Shown here: positions 30,056 to 42,108 of the stretch, piece after piece
Numbering within the stretch: the first letter of the stretch is position 1
Layout of the letters: every line of letters begins with the position of its first letter
Assembly (NCBI GenBank): GCA_963766995.1
Contig: CAVYCE010000001.1
Coordinates: forward strand, 232,571-296,570
Reading direction: 5' to 3'
DNA: 64,000 nucleotides
From: an uncultured Acidimicrobiaceae bacterium
GTDB lineage: Bacteria > Actinomycetota > Acidimicrobiia > Acidimicrobiales > RAAP-2
Made by a program: the position numbers and the translations under genes
The notes under the pieces: model-generated
Seen by the model: the letters and a program-made list of their open reading frames with translations, nothing else
Database searches by the model: none
Told to the model about the DNA's origin: nothing

Positions 30056-32038
30056 GTGTCGTCCAGCGAAGTACCCCACTCCGATGGAACCGGACTCCCG
30101 CACGTCGAGTTCACGTACCAGGGACCTTCTCGCCGGAAGGCGCGGCACACCACTGGAATAGTCACCATGGCAGCGGTGGCTGGGCTGGCGCTGCTGTCCA
30201 TCCCGATGGCGCTCTCGTCCAAGCCTTCTCGGCCAGCGGCACAGCAGAGTGCCCAGCAAGTGACCGCGACGCCCAGCGCGTTCGAATCCCACCAAACCGT
30301 CAGCACCAAGAATTGGGCCGGACTGGTCGACAGTGGCACCACGTTCCTCGGTGCTCAGGCCGACTGGACGGTTCCAGCCGTCTCGTCTTCCCTCCAGAAT
30401 GAGGAGTCGACTACTTGGGTCGGCGTGGACGGAGTCGGCAGTTCAACCAGCTCCCTGATCCAGACCGGCACCGAGCAGAACTCTGTCGGCAGTACCGCTA
30501 CCAGTGCCGTGACCTACTACGCGTGGTACGAAATCACCGCGACCGACGACACCACCCCGCAACGAACGGTGTTCAGGGTACAACCGGGAGATCAGATCAC
30601 CGCCTCCGTCGATGAGCAGGCCACCAATCAATGGTCGATCACCATCGACGACCAGACGAACGATCAGTCCTTCAACCAGAGTTTTGCCTACAACGGACCA
30701 GGCACATCTGCCGAGTTCATTGAGGAGGCCCCTACATTCCAGGGTGCTATCCAACCTCTCGCCAACTTCGGTTCGGTCACGTTCTCAAACGCCAGCGCGG
30801 TAGCCCAGAACTCGGGTAGCGAGTCTTCGGACTTCTACCAACTCATCAACTCGGCCGGGAACGTCATCGCTTACCCGACGCTTGGGGCCAACGACAGCAA
30901 CATCACCGTCACCTATGGCCAACCACCGGCTACGCCTGCCCCAGGCAACACTGCTCTGCCAACCATCACGGGCTCGGGACTTCCAGGTCAGACCCTGACG
31001 TGTAGCCCAGGCCAGTGGTCGAACAATCCGACTGCGTTTCTCTACGCGTTCTACGTCGTGGGCGGCACCGGCATGTTGCAAGGTCCCTCACCTTCGAACA
31101 CCTTCACCACGAGCAACGCCAACTCAGGACAGACCATCGGCTGCGGCGTCAGTGGATCAAATTCGGGCGGCGAGAGTCCATACGCCTTCACTGCGTCTGG
31201 GGTGGCCATTGGTGGATCGACCCAGAGCACCAGCGTGGCTCCTGCCCATCCCACTCAGGGGTACTGGCTGGTCGGCGCTGACGGAGGCATCTTCGCTCTC
31301 GGCACCGCTCTGTTCCACGGATCGGCGGGGAACTTGCTTCTGCAGGCACCCGTCGTCGGCATCTCATCCAGCCCCGACGGGGGCGGCTATCTGCTGGTCG
31401 GATCTGACGGCGGCGTGTTCTCCTACGGCGACACCAAGTTCTACGGATCGATGCCCGCTCTCGGCTACGGGCCGGCCGGATCGAATGACGCCAAGCGCCT
31501 CAACGCACCCATAGTGGCCATCGTCCCGTCGTCGGACAACAAGGGCTACTTCATGGTGGCGTCGGACGGTGGCGTCTTTGCCTTCGGCGACGCGAAATAC
31601 TCGGGATCGTGCGTGAGCATCGGCGGATGCGGTGGTCCAGCCGTCGCCGTCATGCCAGATGCCTCAGGTAAGGGCTATTGGCTGGCCACCTCGAATGGCA
31701 ACGTCTTCGCCTTCGGCGACGCCTTGAACTACGGCTACCCAGGGCCTCAAGCTTCCCCCGTTACCTCAGCTGCCCGGACTCCCGACGGCAAGGGTTATTG
31801 GGTGCTGCTGGGTAATGGCGACGTCTATGCCTATGGCACGGCCAAGAACTACGGAGCTCCGTCCGGTCAGTTGAGCGGCCTAAACCCGGCCACCGCCATC
31901 TTCTCCACTCCCGACGGTGCTGGCTACTGGATCGCCACCGCCACTGGAGCTATTTACAGCTACGGCGACGCCGTTAACGAAGGCGGAGTTGGCAGCCTCC
32001 ACCTTAACGGAAACATCATCGCCGCCACGGGTTCATAG
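30056..32038 (+). CDS. membrane-anchored/secreted G1-family (eqolisin, Peptidase_A4-like) glutamic peptidase fused to an Ig-like module and a six-repeat propeller
   Basis: The longest ORF is 29798..32038 (TTG start). Third-position GC suggests coding starts near GTG 30056. RRKARHTTGIVTMAAVAGLALLSIPMALS is the anchor or signal. The peptidase core is about 30308-30918 (NWAG, WVGVDG, LIQTG, YAWYE, AEFIEEAP, FGSVTF, ITVTYG). The Ig-like module is about 30945-31215 (GQTLTCSPGQWSNNP). Six GYW..DGG.F..GD repeats span 31259-32035. Confidence 0.8.
   Translation: MSSSEVPHSDGTGLPHVEFTYQGPSRRKARHTTGIVTMAAVAGLALLSIPMALSSKPSRPAAQQSAQQVTATPSAFESHQTVSTKNWAGLVDSGTTFLGAQADWTVPAVSSSLQNEESTTWVGVDGVGSSTSSLIQTGTEQNSVGSTATSAVTYYAWYEITATDDTTPQRTVFRVQPGDQITASVDEQATNQWSITIDDQTNDQSFNQSFAYNGPGTSAEFIEEAPTFQGAIQPLANFGSVTFSNASAVAQNSGSESSDFYQLINSAGNVIAYPTLGANDSNITVTYGQPPATPAPGNTALPTITGSGLPGQTLTCSPGQWSNNPTAFLYAFYVVGGTGMLQGPSPSNTFTTSNANSGQTIGCGVSGSNSGGESPYAFTASGVAIGGSTQSTSVAPAHPTQGYWLVGADGGIFALGTALFHGSAGNLLLQAPVVGISSSPDGGGYLLVGSDGGVFSYGDTKFYGSMPALGYGPAGSNDAKRLNAPIVAIVPSSDNKGYFMVASDGGVFAFGDAKYSGSCVSIGGCGGPAVAVMPDASGKGYWLATSNGNVFAFGDALNYGYPGPQASPVTSAARTPDGKGYWVLLGNGDVYAYGTAKNYGAPSGQLSGLNPATAIFSTPDGAGYWIATATGAIYSYGDAVNEGGVGSLHLNGNIIAATGS
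31259..32035 (+). repeat. six tandem ~40-53-codon coding repeats (propeller blades) inside the peptidase gene
   Basis: The six repeats are GYWLVGADGGIFALGTALFHGS, GGYLLVGSDGGVFSYGDTKFYGS, KGYFMVASDGGVFAFGDAKYSGS, KGYWLATSNGNVFAFGDALNYG, KGYWVLLGNGDVYAYGTAKNYG and AGYWIATATGAIYSYGDAVNEG. Confidence 0.85.
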
Positions 32039-32081
32039 CAACCTTCTTCATCACATTCCCCACCGCCGCTAGCGTGTCGGC

Positions 32082-32672
32082 GTGCTCAGCAGACGTAATT
32101 CGAACGCGCTCTATGGCGTTTTGTCGGCCGCTGATACGTACTTCGCGGCGACGGGTCAAATCAATGCACGCAGACTGACGAAGCCACTCCTCATGCCCGT
32201 TCTCATGGACGGGCGAGACCGATCCATCCAAACCGCATTGGCCTTTGGATGGCTGGGTGACATCGCCCTGCTCGGTAAGTCCAAAGCATCATTCCGACTT
32301 GGGTTGGCCAGCTTTCTCGCAGGACACTTCGCATGGGTGACGGTTCTACGACGTAAGTCCTCGGGACAACTGCGTAAGCGCCCGCTCAGCGCCCTTCCGT
32401 ACCTGGGACTTTGGGCCGGACTCAATGCCTACTTATGGCCGCGCTCCGGCAAAGAGCAGATCCCGGTCGTCATTTACAGCACAGCTTTGCTGGCCACCGC
32501 CCTCGCCGCGCTCGATACCGGAGACCTTTCAATTGCCTCCGGAGGCGCACTCTTCCTCCTGTCTGATGCCCTTATTGCCCTCGAGAAGTTCGCCGACGTC
32601 CAACTCCCTATGCACGAAGGACTCGTGATGGCCACCTATACCAGCGCTCAAGGCCTACTCAGCAATGCCTAG
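32082..32672 (+). CDS. YhhN-family lysoplasmalogenase-like membrane protein
   Basis: 196-aa ORF with a GTG start. Shows KPLLMPVLM, GWLGDIALL and LFLLSDALIAL. Confidence 0.82.
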   Translation: MLSRRNSNALYGVLSAADTYFAATGQINARRLTKPLLMPVLMDGRDRSIQTALAFGWLGDIALLGKSKASFRLGLASFLAGHFAWVTVLRRKSSGQLRKRPLSALPYLGLWAGLNAYLWPRSGKEQIPVVIYSTALLATALAALDTGDLSIASGGALFLLSDALIALEKFADVQLPMHEGLVMATYTSAQGLLSNA

Positions 32673-32699
32673 CGCCGCCGGCAGCCTTGAGACGTACAA

Positions 32700-33320
32700 A
32701 TGACGATTCGCGCCGTGATGTTCGATTTCGGTGGCGTCATATCCAGTAGTCCATTCGAAGCGTTCGCCGATCTGGAATCCGAACGAGGTCTTCCGAAGGA
32801 CTTCATTCGTACCGTAAATGCCACAAACCCTGACCACAACGCGTGGGCTCAACTCGAGCGTGGCCATATCAGTATCGACGAATTCTCCACCCTGTGGTCC
32901 GCCGAGGCTCGCGCCTTAGGGCACGATCTCGATGGACGCCTCGTGCTGGAGAAGCTTGGAGGTGCAATTCGACCCGAGATGGTTGCCGCCATCGAAGGGT
33001 GTCGCCTCAAGTACAAGACTGCTTGCTTAACCAACAACTTTGGTTCAGCCGAACTACCCACCTCCCAAGAAGTCGCAAGCGTCTACAGGCTCTTCGATGC
33101 CGTGATTGAGTCGCGAGTGATCGGGGTTCGAAAACCCGACCCCCACTTCTACGAGATCGCCTGCAGCACCCTCGGAGTTCGACCCGACGAATCAGTGTTT
33201 CTGGATGACTTAGGCGTCAACCTCAAACCGGCACGGGCCATGGGGATGCACACCATCAAGGTCGCAAATCCAAACAGTGCGCTGGCTGAACTGAAGGTAC
33301 TGCTGCAACGAGACATTTGA
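32700..33320 (+). CDS. HAD-superfamily hydrolase (subfamily IA)
   Basis: 206-aa ORF. Motif I is AVMFDFGGV and motif III/IV is VFLDDLGVN. Confidence 0.85.
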   Translation: MTIRAVMFDFGGVISSSPFEAFADLESERGLPKDFIRTVNATNPDHNAWAQLERGHISIDEFSTLWSAEARALGHDLDGRLVLEKLGGAIRPEMVAAIEGCRLKYKTACLTNNFGSAELPTSQEVASVYRLFDAVIESRVIGVRKPDPHFYEIACSTLGVRPDESVFLDDLGVNLKPARAMGMHTIKVANPNSALAELKVLLQRDI

Positions 33321-33400
33321 TATCGACAAGTGCACACCAACCGCCACTCGGGCTTGAACGCCGCTCAGTCCGGGCCGGATTGGGCCACAAATCAAGGAAG

Positions 33401-33472
<72 letters not shown>

Positions 33473-33551
33473 AAGGTTGTGAAACAGCCCAAAACGATAT
33501 CAGTGAGTTGCCCGTCTCCCGTTCGGGTCTCGGGAGGGCTAGGTGGGAAGG

Positions 33552-34856
33552 TCAGGACTCCTCGAGGTAGTCCCGGAGGAGATGGGCGGCATCGGGTCGG
33601 CGGAGCTTGGCCAGGGTCTTGGATTCGATTTGGCGGACTCGTTCCCGGGTGACGCCGAACTCCTTGCCGACCTCTTCGAGGGTGCGGATTTTGCCGTCGT
33701 CTAGTCCGAAGCGAAGGCGGACGACGTCCTGCTCCCGTTCCGAGAGGTGGCCGAGGGCTTCTCGCACCGCCGCGTCGAGGAGGGAGCGAGTGGCGGCGTC
33801 ATCGGGGATGACCGCTCCCCTATCTTCGATGAGGTCGGAAAGGCTGAAATCGTCCTCGTCTCCCACTGGTTGTTCGAGGGAGACGGTGTCTTGATTGATG
33901 CGCTGGATCTCCCTGATGCGGTCGATTGGGAACTCAACGCGTTGTGAGACTTCTTCAATGGTGGGTTCGCGCCCTAGTTCCTGGAGCAGTTGGCGTTGGG
34001 CCCACACCACCTTGTTGATGGTCTCCACCATGTGTACCGGAATGCGGATGGTGCGAGCCTGATCGGCAATAGCACGCGTGATGGCTTGCCGGATCCACCA
34101 GGTGGCATAGGTCGAGAACTTGAAGCCCTTCGTGTGGTCGAACTTGTCGACCGCCCGCATGAGCCCGAGATTTCCTTCCTGAATCAGGTCCAAAAAGGCG
34201 AGCCCTCTGTTTCTGTACCGCTTGGCGATGGAGACGACCAGTCGCAGGTTGGCTTCAATGAGTTCGTCCTTGGCTCGCTGGCCTTTTCTGACGAGGCGTC
34301 GGTTTCTTGTGATCTCAGTGGCCTCGAGCATGTCGGTAGGCGGGCCTTCGCCGCTCTCGACCAAGCCGTGGGCGGCCAGGCGGGCCGCGGCCTCATTGCC
34401 CGCTTCAATCGCTTTGGCGATTTCCACTTCGAGCTCGGCGTTGAGAAGGGGGACCCGCCCGATCTCCTTGAGGTAGGTGTGCACCGGGTCTTCGGCACTG
34501 CCCATCGAATCGGGAGCGACCTGTGCCCCCCGCTTGCTGTTGATCTGGCGGGGTGTGCTCGATGGCCCTCGTGCGATGCGTCGATTTTCCTTGCGAATCT
34601 CTTCGTCTGGATCGAGGTCGTCGTCAAGCAGTGCGACGCCTTCGGCATTGATGCGGGCGAGGAGCGAACCGAGCACCTCGGGTGTCAACTCGACAGCGTG
34701 CAGCGCTTCGATGAGCTCGTCCTGGGTGAGGTGACCTTTGGCCCGGCCGGCAGCCAACGCGGCATCAAAATCGGTTTGCAACACTCCTGGCGGGAGAGCG
34801 TTGGCATCGAGGGCAACTACCTCGATGGCTGCTGCCGACTCCTCGCTCACCTGCAC
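33552..34856 (-). CDS. rpoD: principal (group 1) RNA polymerase sigma factor
   Basis: 434-aa ORF with a GTG start. Region 2 is [16 protein letters not shown] and region 4.2 is [20 protein letters not shown]. The N-terminal 1.1-like region is acidic. Confidence 0.92.
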   Translation of the reverse strand: MQVSEESAAAIEVVALDANALPPGVLQTDFDAALAAGRAKGHLTQDELIEALHAVELTPEVLGSLLARINAEGVALLDDDLDPDEEIRKENRRIARGPSSTPRQINSKRGAQVAPDSMGSAEDPVHTYLKEIGRVPLLNAELEVEIAKAIEAGNEAAARLAAHGLVESGEGPPTDMLEATEITRNRRLVRKGQRAKDELIEANLRLVVSIAKRYRNRGLAFLDLIQEGNLGLMRAVDKFDHTKGFKFSTYATWWIRQAITRAIADQARTIRIPVHMVETINKVVWAQRQLLQELGREPTIEEVSQRVEFPIDRIREIQRINQDTVSLEQPVGDEDDFSLSDLIEDRGAVIPDDAATRSLLDAAVREALGHLSEREQDVVRLRFGLDDGKIRTLEEVGKEFGVTRERVRQIESKTLAKLRRPDAAHLLRDYLEES

Positions 34857-34869
34857 CGTTCCAGCGTGA

Positions 34870-36753
34870 TCATTCCCCCGTCGGTTCTCTCTCCGTAAGC
34901 CACGCTACCAATCGATCAGCCGAGTCGCGTCCGGAGGTCGGATCCTCCAGTTCTTCCAGCCAGCGACGTACTTGCACTGTCTCTGCCGCTCCCGATTGCC
35001 ACGAAGCATCAAGCTCTCGCGCCGAGATGGCCAGTTCAGAGAGCGCCCGCCGAACTGCCTCTCGTATAAGGACTGTCACCACCGAATCCACGGGATCGCC
35101 GATCTCCGGATCGCCGAACAGTGGTTCCTCCACCGTCATTCGTCGCAGGAGAGCGGCGACATCGGTCTCAGCTGAAGCGATCGCGCCTTGCACATCTTCG
35201 TGTTCCAAGAGTGCAGTGAATGCCTCACGCTGCAGCTGGTCGACAAAGAGCACAGCTTGCAGTCGGTCCCCGACTTTCTCGGGGTGGTGCACTGCCAACT
35301 TGAGCGCTTCTAATCCCGGGCCGGAGCGTTGTGGTGCCGACCGGCGAGGTTGGTCTTGGAATTCTTCGTCGTAGGGACCTGGGTCATCGTCGTCTCGTGG
35401 TCCTGGCTCTTGATTGGTGAACCGTTTTTTGGCGGTGGGCTGGGGTTGTGGATTGGCCCGCTCGTGGGCCAGACGTTCACGCAATTTCGTGGCGTCGAGC
35501 CGGCAACGGTCGGCCAGTTGCATGACGTATTGATCTCGAACGAGGTCGTCGGGATGCTCGGCCACGGCGGCCAGTGCTGCTTCGGCGGAGCGAGCTCGGC
35601 CCTCGGCGGTGGTCAGGTCGCCAGCTTGGAGAATGCGGTCCACCCGGAACTGGAGGAAGGGGCGGGCTTCGGCCACGGCGGTAGCCAAGGCCTGGGGGTC
35701 ATTTCTGGCCAGGTCGCCGGGGTCACTTCCTTGGGGCAGGTTGGCCACAACGACGTCGACTTCGTGTTTGCGCTCCCATTCGTAGACACGAGAAGTGGCG
35801 TTCTGTCCAGCGCCATCGGCGTCATAGGCGAGCACTATGCGGCGTCCGAAGTTGCGGAGGAGGGTGAAGTGCTCTTCGGCCAGCGCTGTCCCACAGGTGG
35901 CGACCGCTCTGGGCACACCAGCCTGGAAGAAGCCGATGACGTCGGTGTAGCCCTCGCACACCACCACTTCGCCCTTGGCGATGACATCGGCCTTGGCCCA
36001 GTTGAGCGCGTAGAGCATGCGTCGCTTGGAGTAGATGGGCGTTTCCTGCGAGTTCTTGTACTTGGGCTCAGGCCGGTCCGGCGGGGGCTGGTTCGGTCGC
36101 AGCGGCAGGATCCGTCCGCCCAATGCAACCGGGCGTCCAGAGGGATCACAGATGGGAAAGAGGACCCGATTGCGGAAGGCGTCTTGTGCTCTTCCTCTTT
36201 TGTTTATGAAGCCCAGCCCGGAGTCGGTGAGGGTCCGCTCATTGAGTTTGAGTGCTTTGCTGAGTGCATCCCATTCATCGGGAGCCCAACCCAGTCGAAA
36301 CTGGCGCACGACTTCGCCGTCGTAGCCCCGGGAGCGCAGGTAGTCCCGAGCGGGACCCGCGTCCTTACTTGTGAGGAGGCGCTCGTGGTACCAAACGACC
36401 GCGCGCTCCATGGCGTCGAGCAGGTCAGTGCGGCGCTTGCGGTCCTTGCCAATCTCAGCGTCCTCATGCAGGACGACGCCCGCTTTGTCGGCCAACACTC
36501 GGACGGCATCGACGAAATCGAGATGCTCGGTGGCGCGTACAAAGGTGATGGCGTCACCCGAGGCCTGGCAGCCGAAGCAGTAGTAGAAGCCCTCCTCCGC
36601 ATTGACGCTGAAGGACGGACTCTTCTCGGTGTGAAACGGACAGAGACCAGTCCAGCGCCGGCCCACCTTTTTCAGCGCGGCGTGCTCGCCAATGAGCGCC
36701 ACGATGTCGGTGGCCGCCCGGACTTGGGCGACATCCTCGTCTGGAATGCCCAT
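34870..36753 (-). CDS. dnaG: DNA primase
   Basis: 627-aa ORF. The zinc finger is [30 protein letters not shown] and the TOPRIM motif is VCEGYTDV. Confidence 0.95.
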   Translation of the reverse strand: MGIPDEDVAQVRAATDIVALIGEHAALKKVGRRWTGLCPFHTEKSPSFSVNAEEGFYYCFGCQASGDAITFVRATEHLDFVDAVRVLADKAGVVLHEDAEIGKDRKRRTDLLDAMERAVVWYHERLLTSKDAGPARDYLRSRGYDGEVVRQFRLGWAPDEWDALSKALKLNERTLTDSGLGFINKRGRAQDAFRNRVLFPICDPSGRPVALGGRILPLRPNQPPPDRPEPKYKNSQETPIYSKRRMLYALNWAKADVIAKGEVVVCEGYTDVIGFFQAGVPRAVATCGTALAEEHFTLLRNFGRRIVLAYDADGAGQNATSRVYEWERKHEVDVVVANLPQGSDPGDLARNDPQALATAVAEARPFLQFRVDRILQAGDLTTAEGRARSAEAALAAVAEHPDDLVRDQYVMQLADRCRLDATKLRERLAHERANPQPQPTAKKRFTNQEPGPRDDDDPGPYDEEFQDQPRRSAPQRSGPGLEALKLAVHHPEKVGDRLQAVLFVDQLQREAFTALLEHEDVQGAIASAETDVAALLRRMTVEEPLFGDPEIGDPVDSVVTVLIREAVRRALSELAISARELDASWQSGAAETVQVRRWLEELEDPTSGRDSADRLVAWLTEREPTGE

Positions 36754-36792
36754 GGAAGGACGGTACCGCGGCGTAGCCGCAGTCGAGTCCGG

Positions 36793-39492
<2,700 letters not shown>

Positions 39493-39730
39493 CGGGCCTC
39501 CTTGCCCTGGCATGGCGAACCGCGTGCGAGCGGCGGTCATTAGGTGATCGTGGGTCCCACCCCCAGCCTGGGGCGGAATGCGTCAGCCTAATGGCCCGCC
39601 ACCCCCCATTCCGGCCGTTGCCCGGGGTAAGGGCGCTTACCGCCCAATTTCCCCCTCACGGCGCGCTGGCCGCAGGGTCGTGATCTCAGGGACCGGGCGA
39701 ACACCGTCCGAACCGTGAGGCGTTGTGTCG

Positions 39731-40216
39731 TTACTCGGGCGGTTCCTCGTCCTGACGTAGCGCGCTACTCACTTGGCGTTGGAACACTTCCTTGGCCTCG
39801 CGCATGAAGTCGCGCACGATGGCTAGTTCCTCAGCTTTGAACCGCTGTGCCACCGCCCGCATTTCTTCGACGATCGGGGCTTGGGCTCGGTCGAGTCGCT
39901 TTTGAGCCGAAGGGACGAGTTCGACCCAAATCCGGCGTCTGTCCTCGGTGTCACGGCGGCGCACGACCATGCCCGCCTCTTCGAGGCGGTCGAGAAGGAA
40001 TGTCACCGCGCCGGTGCTCAGGCCACTCTCTTCGGCCAGTTGGCCAGCGGTCATGGGACCCCGGTGTCCCAGGAGGTCGAGGCAGCGCATGTCGGTGCGG
40101 CTGAGCTTGAAGCGCTTGGCCACCCCTTCGTCGAACTCCGAGGCGGCGCCGAAGTAGCCAACGATCTCGGATCGGAGCTGTTGCACTAAGTCGCTGCGCG
40201 TCCATTGCCTTGACAC
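39731..40216 (-). CDS. MarR-family transcriptional regulator
   Basis: ORF-track maximum is 39731..40249 (TTG), which would overlap the divergent ABC start. I prefer GTG 40216. The wHTH is MTAGQLAEESGLSTGAVTFLLDRLEEAGMVVRRRDTEDRR. Confidence 0.8.
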   Translation of the reverse strand: MSRQWTRSDLVQQLRSEIVGYFGAASEFDEGVAKRFKLSRTDMRCLDLLGHRGPMTAGQLAEESGLSTGAVTFLLDRLEEAGMVVRRRDTEDRRRIWVELVPSAQKRLDRAQAPIVEEMRAVAQRFKAEELAIVRDFMREAKEVFQRQVSSALRQDEEPPE

Positions 40217-40222
40217 GTAAAT

Positions 40223-40239
40223 AACTTTATCACTAAGTT
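40223..40239. promoter_or_regulatory. inverted repeat AACTT-N7-AAGTT in the MarR/ABC divergent spacer (candidate MarR operator)
   Basis: This is the only AT-rich stretch (GTAAATAACTTTATCACTAAGTTTCTTTGTCA) between the divergent starts 40216 and 40249. Confidence 0.3.
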
Positions 40240-40248
40240 TCTTTGTCA

Positions 40249-41268
40249 ATGGCTCACAATTCTCTGGCGGTAGAAGCCCACGATCTGGTCAAGGTGTTCC
40301 CCAAGGGGAACGTCCGCGCTCTCGACGGTGTCTCGCTCGAAGTCGAGGCGGGCACCGTGTTGGGTTTGCTCGGCCCCAACGGTGCCGGCAAGACCACGGC
40401 GGTACGCATCCTGTCCACCATCCTCAAGCCCGACTCGGGGCATGCCAGCATTCTCGGCCATGACGTCGTCAAGCAGGCGGCCCGTGTGCGGGAACTCATC
40501 GGGCTGGCCGGCCAGTACGCCACGGTGGACGAGAACCTGACCGGTCGCGAGAACCTGCGCATGGTGGGCCGGCTCTGTCATATCGGCGGTGCCGCGGCCA
40601 ACTCCCGGGCCGACGAACTGCTAGAGCAGTTCAATCTCACCGAGGCGGGTAACCGCGGACTCAAGACCTATTCGGGCGGAATGCGTCGCCGTCTTGACCT
40701 GGCCGCCGCATTGGTCGCTGGTCCACCCGTGCTCTTTTTGGACGAGCCCACGACCGGACTCGACCCGCAGAGCCGCCAGGACATGTGGGTGGTGACCGAG
40801 GCGCTGGTGAAGTCCGGTGTGACCGTGCTGCTCACCACGCAGTACCTCGAAGAAGCCGACCGCCTGGCCAACCGGGTGGTGGTGATCGACCACGGTCGAG
40901 TCATTGCCGAAGGCACACCGGCCGAGCTCAAGGCCGACTTGGGCACCACCGTGATCTCGGTCTCGACGCCCGATGTGGAAGCAGCCCAGAAGGCGGCCGG
41001 CTTGATCAGCGGCCTGTCCAGCACCCCGCCGGTGATCGATGGCTCCACCGTCGAGCTCACGGTCGAGGATGGACCCAAGGTGGCCGCTGACGTCCTGCGC
41101 ACGCTTGATCAACATGGTGTGCCGGTGGCGGGTTTGGCACTGCGCGAGCCCAGCCTCGACGACGTGTTCTTGAGCCTGACCGGACACCGGGCCGAAACCG
41201 ACACCGATGCACCCGAAGATGAAGCCCCCAAGCGGGGACGCCGAGCAAAGAAGGAGAAGGCGGCCTGA
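40249..41268 (+). CDS. ABC transporter ATP-binding protein (DrrA-like)
   Basis: Starts at ATG 40249 (MAHNSLAVEAHDLVKVF). Walker A is GPNGAGKTT, the signature is YSGGMRRRL and Walker B is LFLDEPT. Confidence 0.9.
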   Translation: MAHNSLAVEAHDLVKVFPKGNVRALDGVSLEVEAGTVLGLLGPNGAGKTTAVRILSTILKPDSGHASILGHDVVKQAARVRELIGLAGQYATVDENLTGRENLRMVGRLCHIGGAAANSRADELLEQFNLTEAGNRGLKTYSGGMRRRLDLAAALVAGPPVLFLDEPTTGLDPQSRQDMWVVTEALVKSGVTVLLTTQYLEEADRLANRVVVIDHGRVIAEGTPAELKADLGTTVISVSTPDVEAAQKAAGLISGLSSTPPVIDGSTVELTVEDGPKVAADVLRTLDQHGVPVAGLALREPSLDDVFLSLTGHRAETDTDAPEDEAPKRGRRAKKEKAA

Positions 41269-42092
41269 TGGCGACCATCGCAATACCAGTGGTGCCCGAG
41301 GTGCACGTGGTCAAGGGCAGCCGATTGAAGTGGGCCTTCTCGGACACCGCCACCATGACCGTCCGCAACCTCATCTCCTACACCCGCATACCCGAAGCGC
41401 TGTTTTTCTCGACGTTGCAGCCCATCATGTTTGTGCTGCTTTTCCGCTACATCTTTGGCGGTGCCATTCCCATTCCGGGTGGCGTGCCCTACGTCGATTA
41501 CATGATGCCCGGCATTTTCGTGCAGTCGGTCATGTTTGGTGCCGTGAGTACCAGTGTCGGATTGGCCGAGGACTTACACAAGGGCCTCATCGAGCGCTTC
41601 CGAGCTCTGCCCATGGCCCAGACGGCCGTACTGGCCGGCCGAACCACGGCGGACGGATTACGCAACGTGCTGGTGATCTGCATCATGACCGGTGTGGCCT
41701 ATCTGGTTGGTTTCCGAGCCGGGGCTGGCGCGTTTGACTACATCTGTGGTGCGTTGATCCTCTTGGGCTTTGCCTACGCCATCAGCTGGGGCTTCGCCGC
41801 CGTTGGTCTGGCCGCTCCGACGGCCGAAGCGGCGCAGGTCATGGTCTTCCCGATCCTGATGCCGCTGACCTTCGCCTCGACGGCATTCGTGCCGATTCAG
41901 GCCCTCCCCCACTGGCTCCAGGGCTTCGTGCGCCATCAGCCGGTGTCGGTGGTGATCAACGGCGCCCGATCACTAATGGTCGGCGGCTACTACCACTCCA
42001 CCAGCGCAGAGGTCGATGCCCTGCTGTGGATTGTCGGCATTCTGGCCGTCATGGTGCCGTTGGGCGCCTGGCGCTACCGCAAGATCGCCTAA
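41268..42092 (+). CDS. ABC-2-type transporter permease (DrrB-like)
   Basis: 274-aa ORF with six hydrophobic helices. The start overlaps the ATPase stop (TGATG). Confidence 0.85.
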   Translation: MATIAIPVVPEVHVVKGSRLKWAFSDTATMTVRNLISYTRIPEALFFSTLQPIMFVLLFRYIFGGAIPIPGGVPYVDYMMPGIFVQSVMFGAVSTSVGLAEDLHKGLIERFRALPMAQTAVLAGRTTADGLRNVLVICIMTGVAYLVGFRAGAGAFDYICGALILLGFAYAISWGFAAVGLAAPTAEAAQVMVFPILMPLTFASTAFVPIQALPHWLQGFVRHQPVSVVINGARSLMVGGYYHSTSAEVDALLWIVGILAVMVPLGAWRYRKIA

Positions 42093-42108
42093 GACGTACC
42101 GACCCTCA

